Below, in pieces: positions 25,811 to 40,919 of a stretch of 64,000 bases of DNA; position 1 is the first letter of the stretch, and each line of letters starts with the position of its first letter. The notes beneath the pieces were generated by a model. The model made no database searches. It was given only the letters and a program-made list of their open reading frames with translations, and was not told the DNA's origin. The DNA is from the human T2T-CHM13v2.0 reference genome, Homo sapiens. The position numbers and the translations under genes were made by a program. Location of the stretch: NCBI RefSeq assembly GCF_009914755.1, contig NC_060936.1; one strand, 5' to 3'.

Positions 25811-26321
25811 TTCATAAGAGTCAATGGACTCTTTTGGCCATTGAGTCCTATGTGAGGGGTGACTGGTAGTAGATGGAAGTATTTGTACCAGTTCTGGTGT
25901 CTTTTCAGCAAACTCTGCAGGAAGGCAGATGATTTCAATGGCTAATGGCTTCTAGAAAGCTCCTTGAGCTTGGAATATGGGGCTATCTAGTGTCATTTGT
26001 CTTCAGCTTTGAACCTCAGCCTATAGAATGGCCCAAAAAATCCTACTCTATATATAGCTCCATATTTGAAAGTGCTTTGAAACAACACAACATTATACAA
26101 AGAAAGGCATTAGTCTTAGTATTACTTGTTTCATTATTACTACTAGTAGTGTGCTGTTTTATTTATTTCGTACATCTTTTTCAAGTTCCTGCTGTGGCCA
26201 GACACTGTTTTAGGCACTGGGAAATACAGCAGTGAACAAGCGAGATCAAGTCTCTGCAGTCCTGAAATATGGACTATAAAAAAGTAAGCAACTATGTAAA
26301 CGATGTAAACCAAGTGATTCC

Positions 26322-26449
26322 ATTTTTTTTTCTTTTTCTGAGACAGTGTCTCTTTCTGTCACCCAGGCTGGATCTCCACTCACTCTTTCCTTTATAAATT
26401 ACCCAGTCTCAAGTAGTCCTTTACAGCAGTGTGAAAATGGATTAATACA
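26322..26449. mobile_element. Fused fragments: Alu 3' end (-) joined to a THE1D/MST 3' end (+)
   Basis: T-tail gagacagtgtctc...cccaggctgga abuts ctctttcctttataaattacccagtctc...ggattaataca. Confidence 0.75.
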
Positions 26450-28207
26450 ACCAAATATCTGGGCACCCCATGGCACAGTCAAGTTGACATAGAAAATTAA
26501 CCATCACAATCTACCCCTTGTCATCATCTTCTTAAACCATACTTAATCTCCAAATGAAGACAATATCAAGGTTATAATTCTACCAGTTCTGCCAACTAAT
26601 CTTCATACAGCCAAAAAGGCACGAACTCCTTCTCTAGAAGAGAAGTCCTTGAGTGATATTTACTCTTCTCCTTGATATCCCATAACTTAATACTATGATG
26701 TAAAATTAATAATACTTAAATACTATGACACAAAGTTAATACATCTATGTTGGATGATAAGGGAATAGAAGAGGGAAGAAAACAAAGATATTTGACATAC
26801 ACATAAACATATTTATAACAAAATAAAGAGAAAATACTCTTGGCAATTATAGTCTTTGTTTCTGTAACTGGCCAGGTGGTCATACCTGGTCTTTATAACT
26901 ACCTTCTCCCATTACTTATTCTGTATCCCCTTTGCCTTCAACAAGCACGTCAGCTGGTTGTGGTTCTTTACCTGGTGGGTAACCCAAAACTTCATTCCTG
27001 GAGAGTCTGGGCCGTTAGTAGTCCTGCCTGGATTAGGTTGCTGTAGTTTTCATTTGGCCTTAATCACAGGGCATGGTAATACTAAGAGATATCATAAGGG
27101 ATCTCCTATATTCCAGCCATGTTCTTCCTCACCTCCACTGTGAAGTACTCGTCCAATTTCTCTTGGTAGTCAGGATCAGTCACCCCAACTAGAGTCATGA
27201 GGAGCTCAAAGTAGCCAATCAGCAGTCTTAAGTTCCAGTTAAGTGAAATAATTTTTGTGTCTCTTGGTGGAAGCATTCTTCCCTCTCAGGAAAAAGATGT
27301 CTATGACATCTAGGCCAGAAGAGGATAAAGTTGTGGGAACAGAAAGCAAAAATTTTGCTAGTGGGTTGCTAGGGGTAATAGTGAGTGATGCCACTCCCAT
27401 TTTCACCTGTTGGCTTCTGGCCTCATGAACTCTGAATATGGAATATGGGAGAAACTGTGTCATATATTGGACACTGATTCAGAGCATCCACAGCCTTTGG
27501 AGAACCTTGCTCCAGTCCTTCAAGGTATTGTCACCTACCTGGTGCTATAACTGAGTCTTCAAAAGGCCATTCCATCAACCTGTCAAGCCAGGTGCTTCAG
27601 GATGTTGGGAAACATGGTAAGATGAAGACCATGAAATTCCATGAGCATGGACCTATTGCTGTATTTCATTTGCCATGAAGTGAGTTCCTTGATTGGAAGC
27701 AATGCTGTGTGGAATACCACACAGGCGTTCTGAAAGGTAAGGCATTCTGAAAGTCCACATATGGTAGTTTTGGCAGAAGCACTGCAGGCAGGGAAGTCAA
27801 ATCTGCATCCAGATAAAGTTTCTATTCCAGTAAGAACAAAATGCTGCCCCTTCTGTGACAGAGGTGATCTAATGTAATCAACCTGCCACCAGGTAGTTGG
27901 CTGATCACCCCAGGAAATGGTGGCATATTGGAGGCTCAGTGTTGTTCTCTGCTGCTGGCAGATTGAACATGGAACAGTTGTAGACAGGTAAGACTTGGTG
28001 GGTGGAAGTCCATGTTGCTTATTCCATGCATAACTTCCATCCCTGCCACCATGGCAACCTTGTTCACAAGCTCACTGCGCAGTGGCAGTGGAGGTTGGGG
28101 AAAGAGGCTTGACTAATATGCACAGAAAAGGTCATCCCATCCACCTGATTATTAGAATCCTCTTCTGCTGAAATCACTCTTTGCTGAGCATTCACATAGG
28201 ACCCAAA

Positions 28208-28504
28208 TATATATATATATATTTGGAGACAGAGTCTTGCACCAGGCTGGAGGGCAGTGGCAGGATCTCGGCTCACTGCAACTCCACCTCCAGGGTTCAA
28301 GCTATTCTCCTGCCTCAGCCTCCTGAGTAGCTGGGATTACAGGCGCCTGCCACCAGGCCCACTAATTTTTTTAAATGTATTTTTAGTAAAGATGGGGTTT
28401 CACCATGTTAGCCAGGCTGGTCTCGAACTCCTGACCTCAGGCAATCCACCCGCCTTGGCCTCCCAAAGTGCTGGGATTACAGGCGTGAGCCACTGCTCCC
28501 AGCC
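28208..28504 (-). mobile_element. AluS with (TA)n tail, inside the ERVL
   Basis: Dimeric Alu reverse complement. Confidence 0.9.
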
Positions 28505-28951
28505 ATCTTCACATTTTTGCCCATTCCAAGAGTTCTACACATACCTTTTCTTCAAATTTCTGGTCACCATTTTCTCAATTGTTTCACTTTCAAGTTCCTG
28601 ACCATCCAGCCATGCCACTGGCCACAGCCCATGAACTGGTATATAATTGCATGTCTGGCCATTTCTCCTTCTAAGCAAAGTGAACAACCAGGTGCATGGC
28701 TCAAAGTTCTGCCCACTGGGAGGATTTTCCTTCACCACTGTCTTTCAGGGATATCCCAGAAAGGGGCTGTAGTGCTGCAGCTGTCCCCTTTCCGGTGGTG
28801 CCTGCATATCATGCAGAACCATCTGTAAACCAGGCCTGAGTTTTCTCTTCCTCTGTCAACTAATTGTAGGAAACTCCCCATAATGCTGTAGATGGAACTC
28901 AGAGAGAGAACACAGTGTAGCAGAAGTGGGAACCATGGATATTTGGGCTGA

Positions 28952-29249
28952 TTTTTTTTTTTTTTTTGAGATGGAGTTTCACTCTGTCGCCCAGGCTAGA
29001 GTGGAGTGGCACGATCTCAGTTTACTGCAACCTCTGCCTGCCAGGTTCAAGCGATTCTCCTGCCTTAGTCTCCTGAGTAGCTGGCATTACAGGCAAGTGC
29101 CAGTATGCCCTGCTAATTTTTGTATTTTTGGTAGAGATGGGGTTTTGCTATGTTGGCTAGTCTGGTCTCTAACTCCTGACCTCAAGCAATCCGCCCACCT
29201 GGGCCTCCCGAAGTGCTGGGATTGCAGGTGTGAGCCACCGCGCCTGGCT
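28952..29249 (-). mobile_element. AluS inside the ERVL
   Basis: TSD ggctgatt. Confidence 0.92.
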
Positions 29250-29961
29250 AGGCTGATTGTTCATGTAACTTGCCTATGCCACCAGGGCCTAGTTGAGCCC
29301 CATCATGGATGTACCACTTTCATCTGATGATGGAGTGTTGCTGTGCACATCCAATTTATGGCTTGGTGGGTCAGATAATTCCCAGTTCATGATGGGCAGC
29401 TCAGGTTACATGGTAACTTAGTGGCCCAGGGTTAAGCATTCAGTCTCTACTAAAGCCCAGTAGCAGGCCAAGAGCTTTTTCTCAAAAGGAGAAACAGCAG
29501 CTGTAGTTACCTGCAGAGGATGGCAGAGCTTTGCTCCAACATCCTAAGGATGTACATTGCAGTTCCCCTATAGAGACCTGCCAAAGGCTACAAACAGTAT
29601 CCCTATCAGCAGTGATGCTTTAAGCACGATTAGATCTTCTTAATTATGTTGCCCAGTGGCAGAGCAGCTTGCACAGCAGCATGGACCTGTTGCAGAGCCT
29701 TCTTTTGTTCTAGGCCCCACTCAAAACTCACAGCTTTTTGGGTCACTCAGTAAATGGGTAGGAGTAACACACTGAAATGAGGAATGTGTTGTGTGATGGG
29801 GCCCATCCACATTAGAGAGGGCAATCAGCTTTATCCAGCCTATTGATTTAAATGTTAAACTCAACCAAAAACACCCCCGCCAAAACACTCAGAATAATAT
29901 TTGACCAAATATTTTGGCACCCTGTGGCCCAGTCAAGTTGACACATAAACTTAACCATCAC

Positions 29962-30151
29962 AAATTCTCCCCTAGCACCTTCAGAAAGAGTACAGTCCTG
30001 CTGACACTTTGATTTTGGATTCCTGGCCTCCAGAACTGTAAGAGAATGGATTTATATTGTCCTAAAACACCGAGTTTGTGGCTTAGAATACCATTAGTTT
30101 TCTAGGGATGCTGTAATAAATGGTATTACAGCATCCCTAGGAAACTAATCT
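29962..30151 (+). mobile_element. MLT1C/D-like LTR 3' half
   Basis: ctgctgacactttgattttgg...cctccagaactgtaagagaat...ctaggaaactaat. Confidence 0.75.
30093..30149. repeat. 26-bp inverted repeat (hairpin) with a 5-nt loop
   Basis: attagttttctagggatgctgtaata-aatgg-tattacagcatccctaggaaactaat: 25 Watson-Crick pairs plus one T-G. Confidence 0.95.
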
Positions 30152-30199
30152 AGGAGGTAAGCATTGAAACAGGAAACGGTTAAGGAGACAGTTTGGTAA

Positions 30200-31215
<1,016 letters not shown>

Positions 31216-31375
31216 GGATGAAAACTATTTTACCCGGGCTGGTCTTGTTGACGTTCTCCACCCCATTCCCATTATGGTGTCTTGCTAAGGCATTTCTTTC
31301 CTCTTACAATTTTTCCCTTCCTGCCTATATCTTTCCATGCTGGATTTAGAGACTTAGAGATGTTAGGTCTTCTAA

Positions 31376-31522
31376 GGGTCAGATAATTCCCAGTCCATGA
31401 TGGGCGGCTCATGTCACATGGTAACTTGGTGGTCCATGGTTAAGCAATAAACCTCTGTTTGATTAAGCCACTATTATTCAGGTTTTCTGCTGTATGTTGC
31501 AAAGTACAGTCCCGATACCCAA
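31376..31522 (+). repeat. Two-part templated insertion copied from 29368-29438 and 33106-33181
   Basis: 64/71 identity to the first source; 5 mismatches and 1 indel over 77 nt to the second. Confidence 0.9.
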
Positions 31523-32294
31523 ATAAGAAACTGGTGAGCTGCAGAGAAGAAATGTGGAATTAGGCTATCTAACTCCAAAGTTTATATACTTAACCACTAT
31601 ACTGCATAGAGTTAAGCACATTTGTAAACTGTCTCCCAACTTAATAACATATCATGAGCATTTTCTCATAACATTATGTCTCATGACATTAAAAACATAA
31701 ACATAAAAACCTAACAAAAACTCTCCATAATGTTTCCCATAACATTAAAAGCTCCTTATAAGCGTAATTTTTGTGATTGTTTAACGTTCAGTTGTATGGC
31801 CTTTTTGGCTATTGAAAACAGCATGTGGTCAACATCTTTGTGCATATAATTTTTATCTGGCCTCCCAGCTGTGTGTTGAGAGTTGCCCTGGAATGAAATT
31901 GCTGGGTTAAAGGTAAGAACATTTCTAAGGCTATCGATTCTTAAGGCCAGATTTCTTTCCATAATGTTCATAAATTCCTTAATTTGGGCCACCTCTTGCC
32001 AGAAGAGATTGTATGATCTATGAGACCAGGCATCATTTCTAAATTTTCAGGTCCTCTTGCAGCACATGGCAAGTTTTGCATACATACTGGGAATGTAGTA
32101 AATAGTTGAGTTGGCTGGAATGGTTGGAAATGAATAACTTGGGGTGACTTATCTTGTGTGGAGGAAATGGGACCCAGGTGGGTAACAGGTAGATGGGAAG
32201 CTGGGACTATTCACTTCACCCAGCTTGAGTCATGTAATTGAGGGGAAAAGTGCACATCAAAATGGAAATATGTCAAGTGGCTGTCTCTAAATGG

Positions 32295-33483
<1,189 letters not shown>

Positions 33484-34967
33484 TAGAGTAGCTAATATCT
33501 TGAATTACTTTTATGTGGCTTTGTACTACATCATTTTTCTTCTCCTGTTAGAGTGTTAGCTCAACAAGGACAGGGTCTACAACAACTTTGTATATTACTG
33601 TATCTCAACACAGTGCCTGGTACATATTAGATGCCCAATAAATACGTTTTGAGTACATGAGTAAGTCAATAAATGATTGATAGCTAAGACTGTAATAAAT
33701 TTAGTCTCCTGTCCATGCTTTACTTAGCATTACACTAATTTGCATCCTCTGAATATAGGCTAGCAAAGGGAGAGAACAGGAGTACTGTGCTTTGTGGCCA
33801 TGTCAGTCTAACCTGGCATAAAAAAATACACTATGAATAAATCACCAAGTCAAGGAACCATTGAGAGGGAAGTATATTTTTGGGTATTTTGTTTCCCTTG
33901 CAGTCGTCTCTCCCCTTTCAGCCCTGTCTTTAGCTATCAGTTTCTTACTTTCTTTTAATTCTATACCACCTCTAACATCGATTTATCCTTTTGATTTATG
34001 TATTTCATATATGCTTTTTTCTTCTTCCTTGTCTATCCTTATTTCCCTGGACATTCTGCACAATTCCTCTCTACTTCTGATAGAGTGATTTCTCGAAGGT
34101 AAAGAAAACCGTTTGCTACCCTCTAATGTACCCTGCTTGTGCCATCCTCACCACTCATTTCAACTTCTTGGTGTGATTTATCCAGCAATCAGACCATTGC
34201 CCAAAATTGGCTTTGCAGAAAGGCTTAATGTGTTTGTCTTACCCATTCAGGGACTACTTCTAATTATCATGCAGGGAAGCTCACGTCTCCATTTTGCTGA
34301 TCCTTCACTTGGGCCAGATCAGCCACGAGACCCATTTTGTTTAATACCAGATTGAGCCATTAATTCCCAGAGTAACAAACATGCAATATGTGGAAGGAGT
34401 CACATGCCTCCTCGTCGGCAGGAGGGGATTCTGTTTCTTCCCTTTGACACGGCTTGCTTTTTCTCCCTGTGATGCAGTGGAGAGAGCCTTAGAAATTGGT
34501 GAGCTGGGGCCTAGGCTCATCTCTGTGCAAGATGCTGGTCTTGAGAAGTCTTTGACCCCCTTTGGACCTCCATTTCCTAACCCCAGAGAGTTGAGAGTTG
34601 AACTCAATGTACCCTAAGATATCATCTGGCCCTGTAATTTATGATTTTATAAGCAAGAAATGACAAAATAACTTAAAAAATCAATATTACATAGACAACC
34701 TCACTCATCTATCAGGGGAAAAGTCTCAGACCTTCCCTACAAACATATATTATAAAACTAATCACTTCAGTCTTATAGGTCGAGTTCAGAAAAATAGATG
34801 GGAAGGATCAAATAACAGGGAACAGCAGGAATACCAGACTCAAGATTAGCTTAATGGCAGGAATTCAAGAACAAAGGGGTTAAGCCCTACCAGTGGACTT
34901 GGGTGAGGCATGGGGAAACAGCTTCTTAGAAAAAAAATTCTTCTTAATTGGTGAATTTTCCCAAACG

Positions 34968-35070
34968 TTTTAAAAAATTTATATATGATAATTGTACATA
35001 TTTATGGGACACATGTGATATTTGGATACATGCATACAATGTGTAATGATCAAACCGGGTAATTAGGGGT
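34968..35070 (-). mobile_element. L1MA 3' end fragment
   Basis: ataattgtacatatttatgggacacatgtgatatt...tgtaatgatcaaa. Confidence 0.75.
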
Positions 35071-35089
35071 GAAATTTGTTTTTGTGTCT

Positions 35090-35618
35090 TTCCTAGTGAT
35101 AACCCACAGATCGCATTTGATGGGCTTCCAAATTAACTGCCTGGGGAAGGTCTTATGATTCATGGCTTACATCCTGTCCTTCAGTAAAGAATCTTACCAT
35201 GAATCCCTCTAATCTTCTCCTGAGTTCCTCAAACCGCTGTCATACTGATTAATACGTAACCTACTGACACTGAAAAGGACACTGCTTTGTTTCTGAATCA
35301 TGAAGTTTTGCTGATTTGTTTCTGAATCATGAAGTTTTACTTATCGTCTTGCAGGTAAAACATTTTATCCTGCATGTTGTCATCTGTAGCCAAGGATTGT
35401 AACATCGGTATTGTACTCTCCAACAAAAAAGGACAACTCCAATATGAGGAGTCCCCTTCCCTTCTCCTAAACTTTCTTATAAAAGCATTTTAACTTGCAA
35501 CAGACTTCAGAACCTGCTCAACTTTGTTGGAGTATCTTCCTGGGTTGATCCTCAAATTGGCTTACTGTAAACCTTTATCAAATTATTTCTGCCTCTAAAG
35601 CCTTAATTTTGGTTGACA
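35090..35618 (+). mobile_element. Solo LTR (MER72/LTR47-like)
   Basis: TATAAAA near 35478, terminus ttttggttgaca, internal 28-bp tandem duplication. Confidence 0.6.
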
Positions 35619-36249
35619 TGAGTTCTGCTGTTTGTGCTCTCTTGTTTATTGACCCCCTCCACCTTCCACCTCTTCTCCAGGTATTTTTTCCATATTTGCC
35701 ATTTAAAAGATTTTTTGTTATATCTGTTATAGAAAGATACATTTTCACAGGAAATTTATAAAATAACAAAGTGTGCATTGTTTTCTTTGCCCATGAACAT
35801 ATTCTGGTATGTTTGGCCTTCCTGGGCTATAGTAATCTAATCAGCAGGTAGCTGCAGTTGCTGTGATCTCAGGTTAATGTTCAGATGTCAACAGATGAAT
35901 GAGCTCCTGACATTCTCTGCTCCAAGTTTCCTTTTAGGCAGTGATGCCAATAGGAAGAGCAGGTGAACGTCACAGATATGCTGCATTATATTTTATTATC
36001 TGCATGGACTCTATCTGAAGTCAGTAGGGGAAATGGGAAAGTCATTTGGAACCCAGAACTTGTGCACAGGCTCAACTTAAACCAGTTATGCATAACTCCC
36101 ATGTGTTCCCTCTACGACACACAGCCTTCCCAGGCCTTTCTCTGACCTTCTTCCACATGGAGCCAGTTAGAGCATGCGTGGCTCTTTGAACTTCATTTGC
36201 ATGGAGTTTCCTCATTATGAAGTAGAGGTCCCATAACTGAAGTGAGGTT

Positions 36250-36676
36250 GTTGGGAGGGTTCATTTTATGCATCAAACTGGCTGAGCCACAGTCCCCAGA
36301 TATTCAGTCAAATATTATTCTGAATGTTTCTGTGAAGGTATTCTTTTTTGGATGACATATAAATCGGAGGATTTAGAGTAAAGCAAATTGCCCTCCACAA
36401 TGTGAATGGGACCCATTCAATCAGTCAAAGGCCTTCATAGAACAAAGCCTGACCTCCCTGAGCAAGAAGGAATTCTGCTAGCAGAGTGCCTCAAACTGCA
36501 CTTAAACTGCAACTCTTTCCTTAGTCTCCAGCTGCCGGCCTACCCTATCAGATTTTGGACTCACCAAGCCTCCACAATCACATGAGCCAATTCCTTAAAA
36601 TAAATCTCGCTTTTCTATATATATAGATATACACATCCTGTTGGTTCTTTTCCTCTGGAGAACCCTGACTAATACA
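36250..36676 (+). mobile_element. MLT2B/D-like LTR
   Basis: cagtcaaatattattctgaatgtttctgtgaagg...ctggagaaccctgactaataca. Confidence 0.8.
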
Positions 36677-37489
36677 GATTTCCACAGCTAGTCTTGCCCA
36701 CAGAAAGCCCCTAGGAAGACAGAAACAGGAAACTTCTGGCCTTGAAGTGCAGGTGCTGATAATGGAAGATTACCTTGGTGCAGAATTTCAAGGCTTGAAC
36801 CTAGGACCTTAAGCTTAGATGACCTGACTGGCTGAGAAGCAGAATTACTGCCTTCTATGGTAATATTATTTGTTTCTAGCTGCTGCCATGGCTGGAAGGT
36901 GATAGAAGCCATTGAGCTTGCAATGATTTACTCCTCTGACCTGGCAGACATTTTATTCAGAGTGAGCTAAATGTAGGTGCACCTCTCTGAGATAAGGGAG
37001 GAATGAAGAACAAAGTCTGTCCTCCTGTACCCATGTCTACTTTGGGAGCTCTCCTAAAGAGAAGCAATTTTGAGTCTCAGGTGCCATTCTCACCTAGTCC
37101 AGAGCCCAGATCCAGCTATATGGTCTGGCTAAGCACATGCAGGAAGGCCAAGTGCCGTGACTGTCACTCTTACATAGAGACCTGCTCTTCCATCTGGTCA
37201 AACTCTCGCTGCTCTTGGCTACCTCACCTTCTTGGTCACAAGGATGCAAACATTATGCAGTTTCCAGTTTCCACTTCCTTGTTTTACCTGTTTATTCACA
37301 AGATCTTTGTGGCTTGTACTTATTGCCTTAAATTCACAGAGTCTGTATCTATTCTTTATTCCTGAATCCTTTTCCTTCTGTAATATCATTAATTCTTTCT
37401 CTGATCAGTGTTGCTCATTCAATAGTGTAAAGAAAAACAGAAATCACCTATATTTCTACTATCCATGGACAGTCCCTATTAGTATATGG

Positions 37490-38215
37490 GCCTGGGCAAT
37501 GAAGTGAATGGTAGTGCCATTTACTGACATTGGAAGATTGGGAGAAGAGCATGTTTCAGGGATGGGCATTAAGATGTAAGGGAAACTAAGAATTCAGTTT
37601 TGGACAGTTTTGAGATATTTATTAGACATCCAAATGCAAAAGTAGAGTAACAAGGAGTCTGGAATTCAAAAGAGAAACCGAGGTCAGAGATAGAACTTGA
37701 AAGTCACTGGCATATAGATGGAATTTAAATTCATGGACAGGATGAGATCACTGAGGAAGTAAAAAAACAGTAGACGCCTGAGGACTGAGTTCTGGGGCAC
37801 TACAATGTCTAGAAGTGGGGAGGATGAGGAAGAACCAGCAAAAGAAAAGACTAAGAGATTGAACAGGGAGGTAGGAGAACAGGAAAGAGTCAAGTTTCAG
37901 AAGCCAAGTGAAGGAAGAAATTCAAGAAGATGTAAGCCATCAATCATGTCAAATGCTGCTGATAAGGTCTAGAAAGATGAGGACTGAGAATTAGCCAATA
38001 GACTTGGCAACATGAAAGTCATCGGTGACTTTGACAAGAGCAATTTTGTGGAACAGAAATTGATTAGAAGGGATTTTGGAAAGAAGGGGAGGAGACACAG
38101 TGGAGACATTGAGTCTAGATAAGTCTTTCTAGGAGTTTTGCAGAAAGGGAGGGGAGAGATGCAGTGTGGAATGGAGGAGGACATGGCAGGCGGAGGGAGG
38201 ATTTTTAAAATGGAA
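37490..38215 (-). mobile_element. L2a fragment
   Basis: attagacatccaaatg, gatgagatcactgagg, gatttggcaacatg-like motifs. Confidence 0.75.
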
Positions 38216-38221
38216 GATAGT

Positions 38222-38563
<342 letters not shown>

Positions 38564-39369
38564 TCATATCACTATTCCATTTGTAGGTATATCATAGTTT
38601 ATTTAGCCGATCCTGCATTAGAAGACATTTTATGTCTCAGACTTTTCCTATTATAAATAATGCTGTGATAAACATCTGCACTATTTCAAATGCAAATGAC
38701 AAATCCAGCTTGAAAAATAACTAGCCATCCCTGGACCAATAAATGATGATTGATCAAGGGAGTGGAAACTCTCATGGATCCAGTTTGGGTCAGGTGTCCA
38801 GCCAATCAGTGGTGGCCAGGGGGCCTGGGATGGGTGAGATGATATCATTTGAACCATGATGAGATGGGAGTTTCTACAAAGGTGAGTGTGCATGGGAGTT
38901 GTTCTGGATAGAATTCAAAAAGCATTTACTGCAACACTCTCATATATCAATCATTGCATTTCTAATTATTTCTTAGCATAAATTCCCATGTGAAATCACT
39001 GGGTCAAATAATATTAATATTTTGACAGCTTTTACCAAGCTTTTTGCCAATCTTTATTCTCACCTGCTGAGTATTAGAAAATCATTCCATGTCCCTTCTC
39101 CATCTCAGCATTTACTACTATTTTTTAAAAAAATGAAGTATTTGAAAAGTGGAAAATGGTTTCTCATTGTTGTTTTATTTTTTAAAAAACCAGTAAGCCT
39201 GAATCCAGGTAAAAATTGGCAGTAACCAACATATGCATTAATAGTCCACTCATTGGGGTATTTAACATGGTGGAACTAAAAGGTTCTGGCCTTCAAGCCA
39301 CCAGAGGCCTGATAGGCAGATATGTCCCCTTACAACAGCAGGAACGGATGTTTCAAAACACAGCCTCAG

Positions 39370-39374
39370 TAACC

Positions 39375-39411
<37 letters not shown>

Positions 39412-40101
39412 CTTTAAGTTCTAGGGTACATGTGCACAACATGCAGGTTTGTTACATATGTATACATGTGTCATGTTGGTGTGCTGCACACATTAACTAG
39501 TCATTTACATTAGGTATATCTCCTAATGCTATCCCTCCCCTCTCCCCCGACCCCTCAACAGGCCCCAGTGTGTGATGCTTCCCTTCCTGTGTCCAAGTGT
39601 TCTCATTGTTCAATTCCCACCTATGAGTGAGAACATGTGGTGTTTGGTTTTTTGTCCTTGCGATAGTTTGCTGAGAATGATGGTTTCCAGCTTCATCTAG
39701 CAATGGAGTAGAGGTAAAATATACTTGTAATAACTTATTTTTTAACCCTATACTGTAATGTATTATATTTTACAAAAACAGTGACTGTGGCACATCAGAA
39801 TCTATATAACAGTCACGTGGTTTCTAACGATCAAGAAATACACTGGATGATGAATGTCAAGAAGCCATTGCTTCCACGTGAAATATTTTACCACCACAAG
39901 GCTTTGAAATGCAAAATAAATCACAGGTACTATTTCTAAAGATATCTGCCATCAGAACCATCAGTCCATTGGATTCTGAACTGCAATCACAGCTCTTCTT
40001 GGACTTTATATAATTTGACAACAGTGTACAGTTCTAAACAGGTATAAATAAACAATATCAAAGCAAAAAAAAAAAAAAACCAAAAAAACAAAAAAACAAG
40101 C
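39370..40101. mobile_element. Composite L1 insertion: inverted L1PA4/5 3' end (39375-39697, -) plus transduced unique DNA (39698-40064, +) plus poly-A
   Basis: TSD acacagcctcag at 39358-39369 and 40102-40113; AATAAA 40047-40052; A-tail from 40065; (TTA)n L1 tail 39375-39410. Confidence 0.85.
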
Positions 40102-40919
40102 ACACAGCCTCAGAGCCTAGACTTTTTCTTAGAACCTTCCAGCTTGAATTGTTGGAGAGCAGAAGAAGAAAGATTGAATTCCTTTGCCTCAGATTCTCAG
40201 CCAAAAGGAGACACCAAGGACACTCTTGGGAAGCCTGTCCTGGTGCACTGGAAAGAAAATCTCAGCCTCAGATTTGGATTTCTTTTGTGTCCTCCATGCA
40301 CCACAATGGCTTGACTGTCAGCTGCAAGAGAACATGCCTGGGGCCAGAGAGTAGCAGCTGATGGTGGAAACCATGCTCAGCCCATCTCCTCCCTCCCAGA
40401 TGCTGGTTTAGGTGTCAGTGTGATCTGTGGTGTCACCTTCCATTCCAGGCACCTCTAGCAATGGCTCCTGAGTCCCTAACACCTGGACATTGTTCCCAGG
40501 CTAGCTGCTGAGATGATTGAATTCCTTAGGAGAGAAAAATGACCCTTTATTCCAAAAGGGGAAAAGGAGGAGGAGAGAGTTTCATCTTTAAAACTTCTTC
40601 TTAAATTGTGTGGAGGAGCTCCATCCTTCATCTTACCATGACACCCCACCAGAGCAAAGCGGTTGGGTCTGCTTTTTTTCTGGGGCCATGATCCTGATTC
40701 CTCTATTCCATTTGGGCAAGTCATGTGACCTCTGTGCCTCCAAATTTGTAAAATGAGGAGAATAATGGGTATCACTATCTCTTGGGTGTCATTAATGCTC
40801 TTATGAGTAGATTTATACAGTGCTTGCTTCTAATAGGTAACAGAGCATTGAAGAACTAAGATGTACTGCAATGTGTCTTTTAAAAAATTTATTTTTTATT
40901 TTTAAATTAAGATGGGGTA

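Larger units (their letters stand above)
26450..29961 (-). mobile_element. Internally deleted ERVL/HERV-L-type provirus with partial MLT2 LTRs
   Basis: MLT2 5' ends (…aaccatcaca) at 26450-26508 and 29790-29961; polypurine tract aaggggtagat next to the 3' LTR; degenerate integrase (HPEAPGLTG*WNGLLKTQL near 27605-27550) and other pol sequence; gag and most of RT missing. Confidence 0.85.

Noticed and set aside
35284-35342. 28-bp tandem duplication
   Set aside because: Inside an LTR and may belong to the family consensus.
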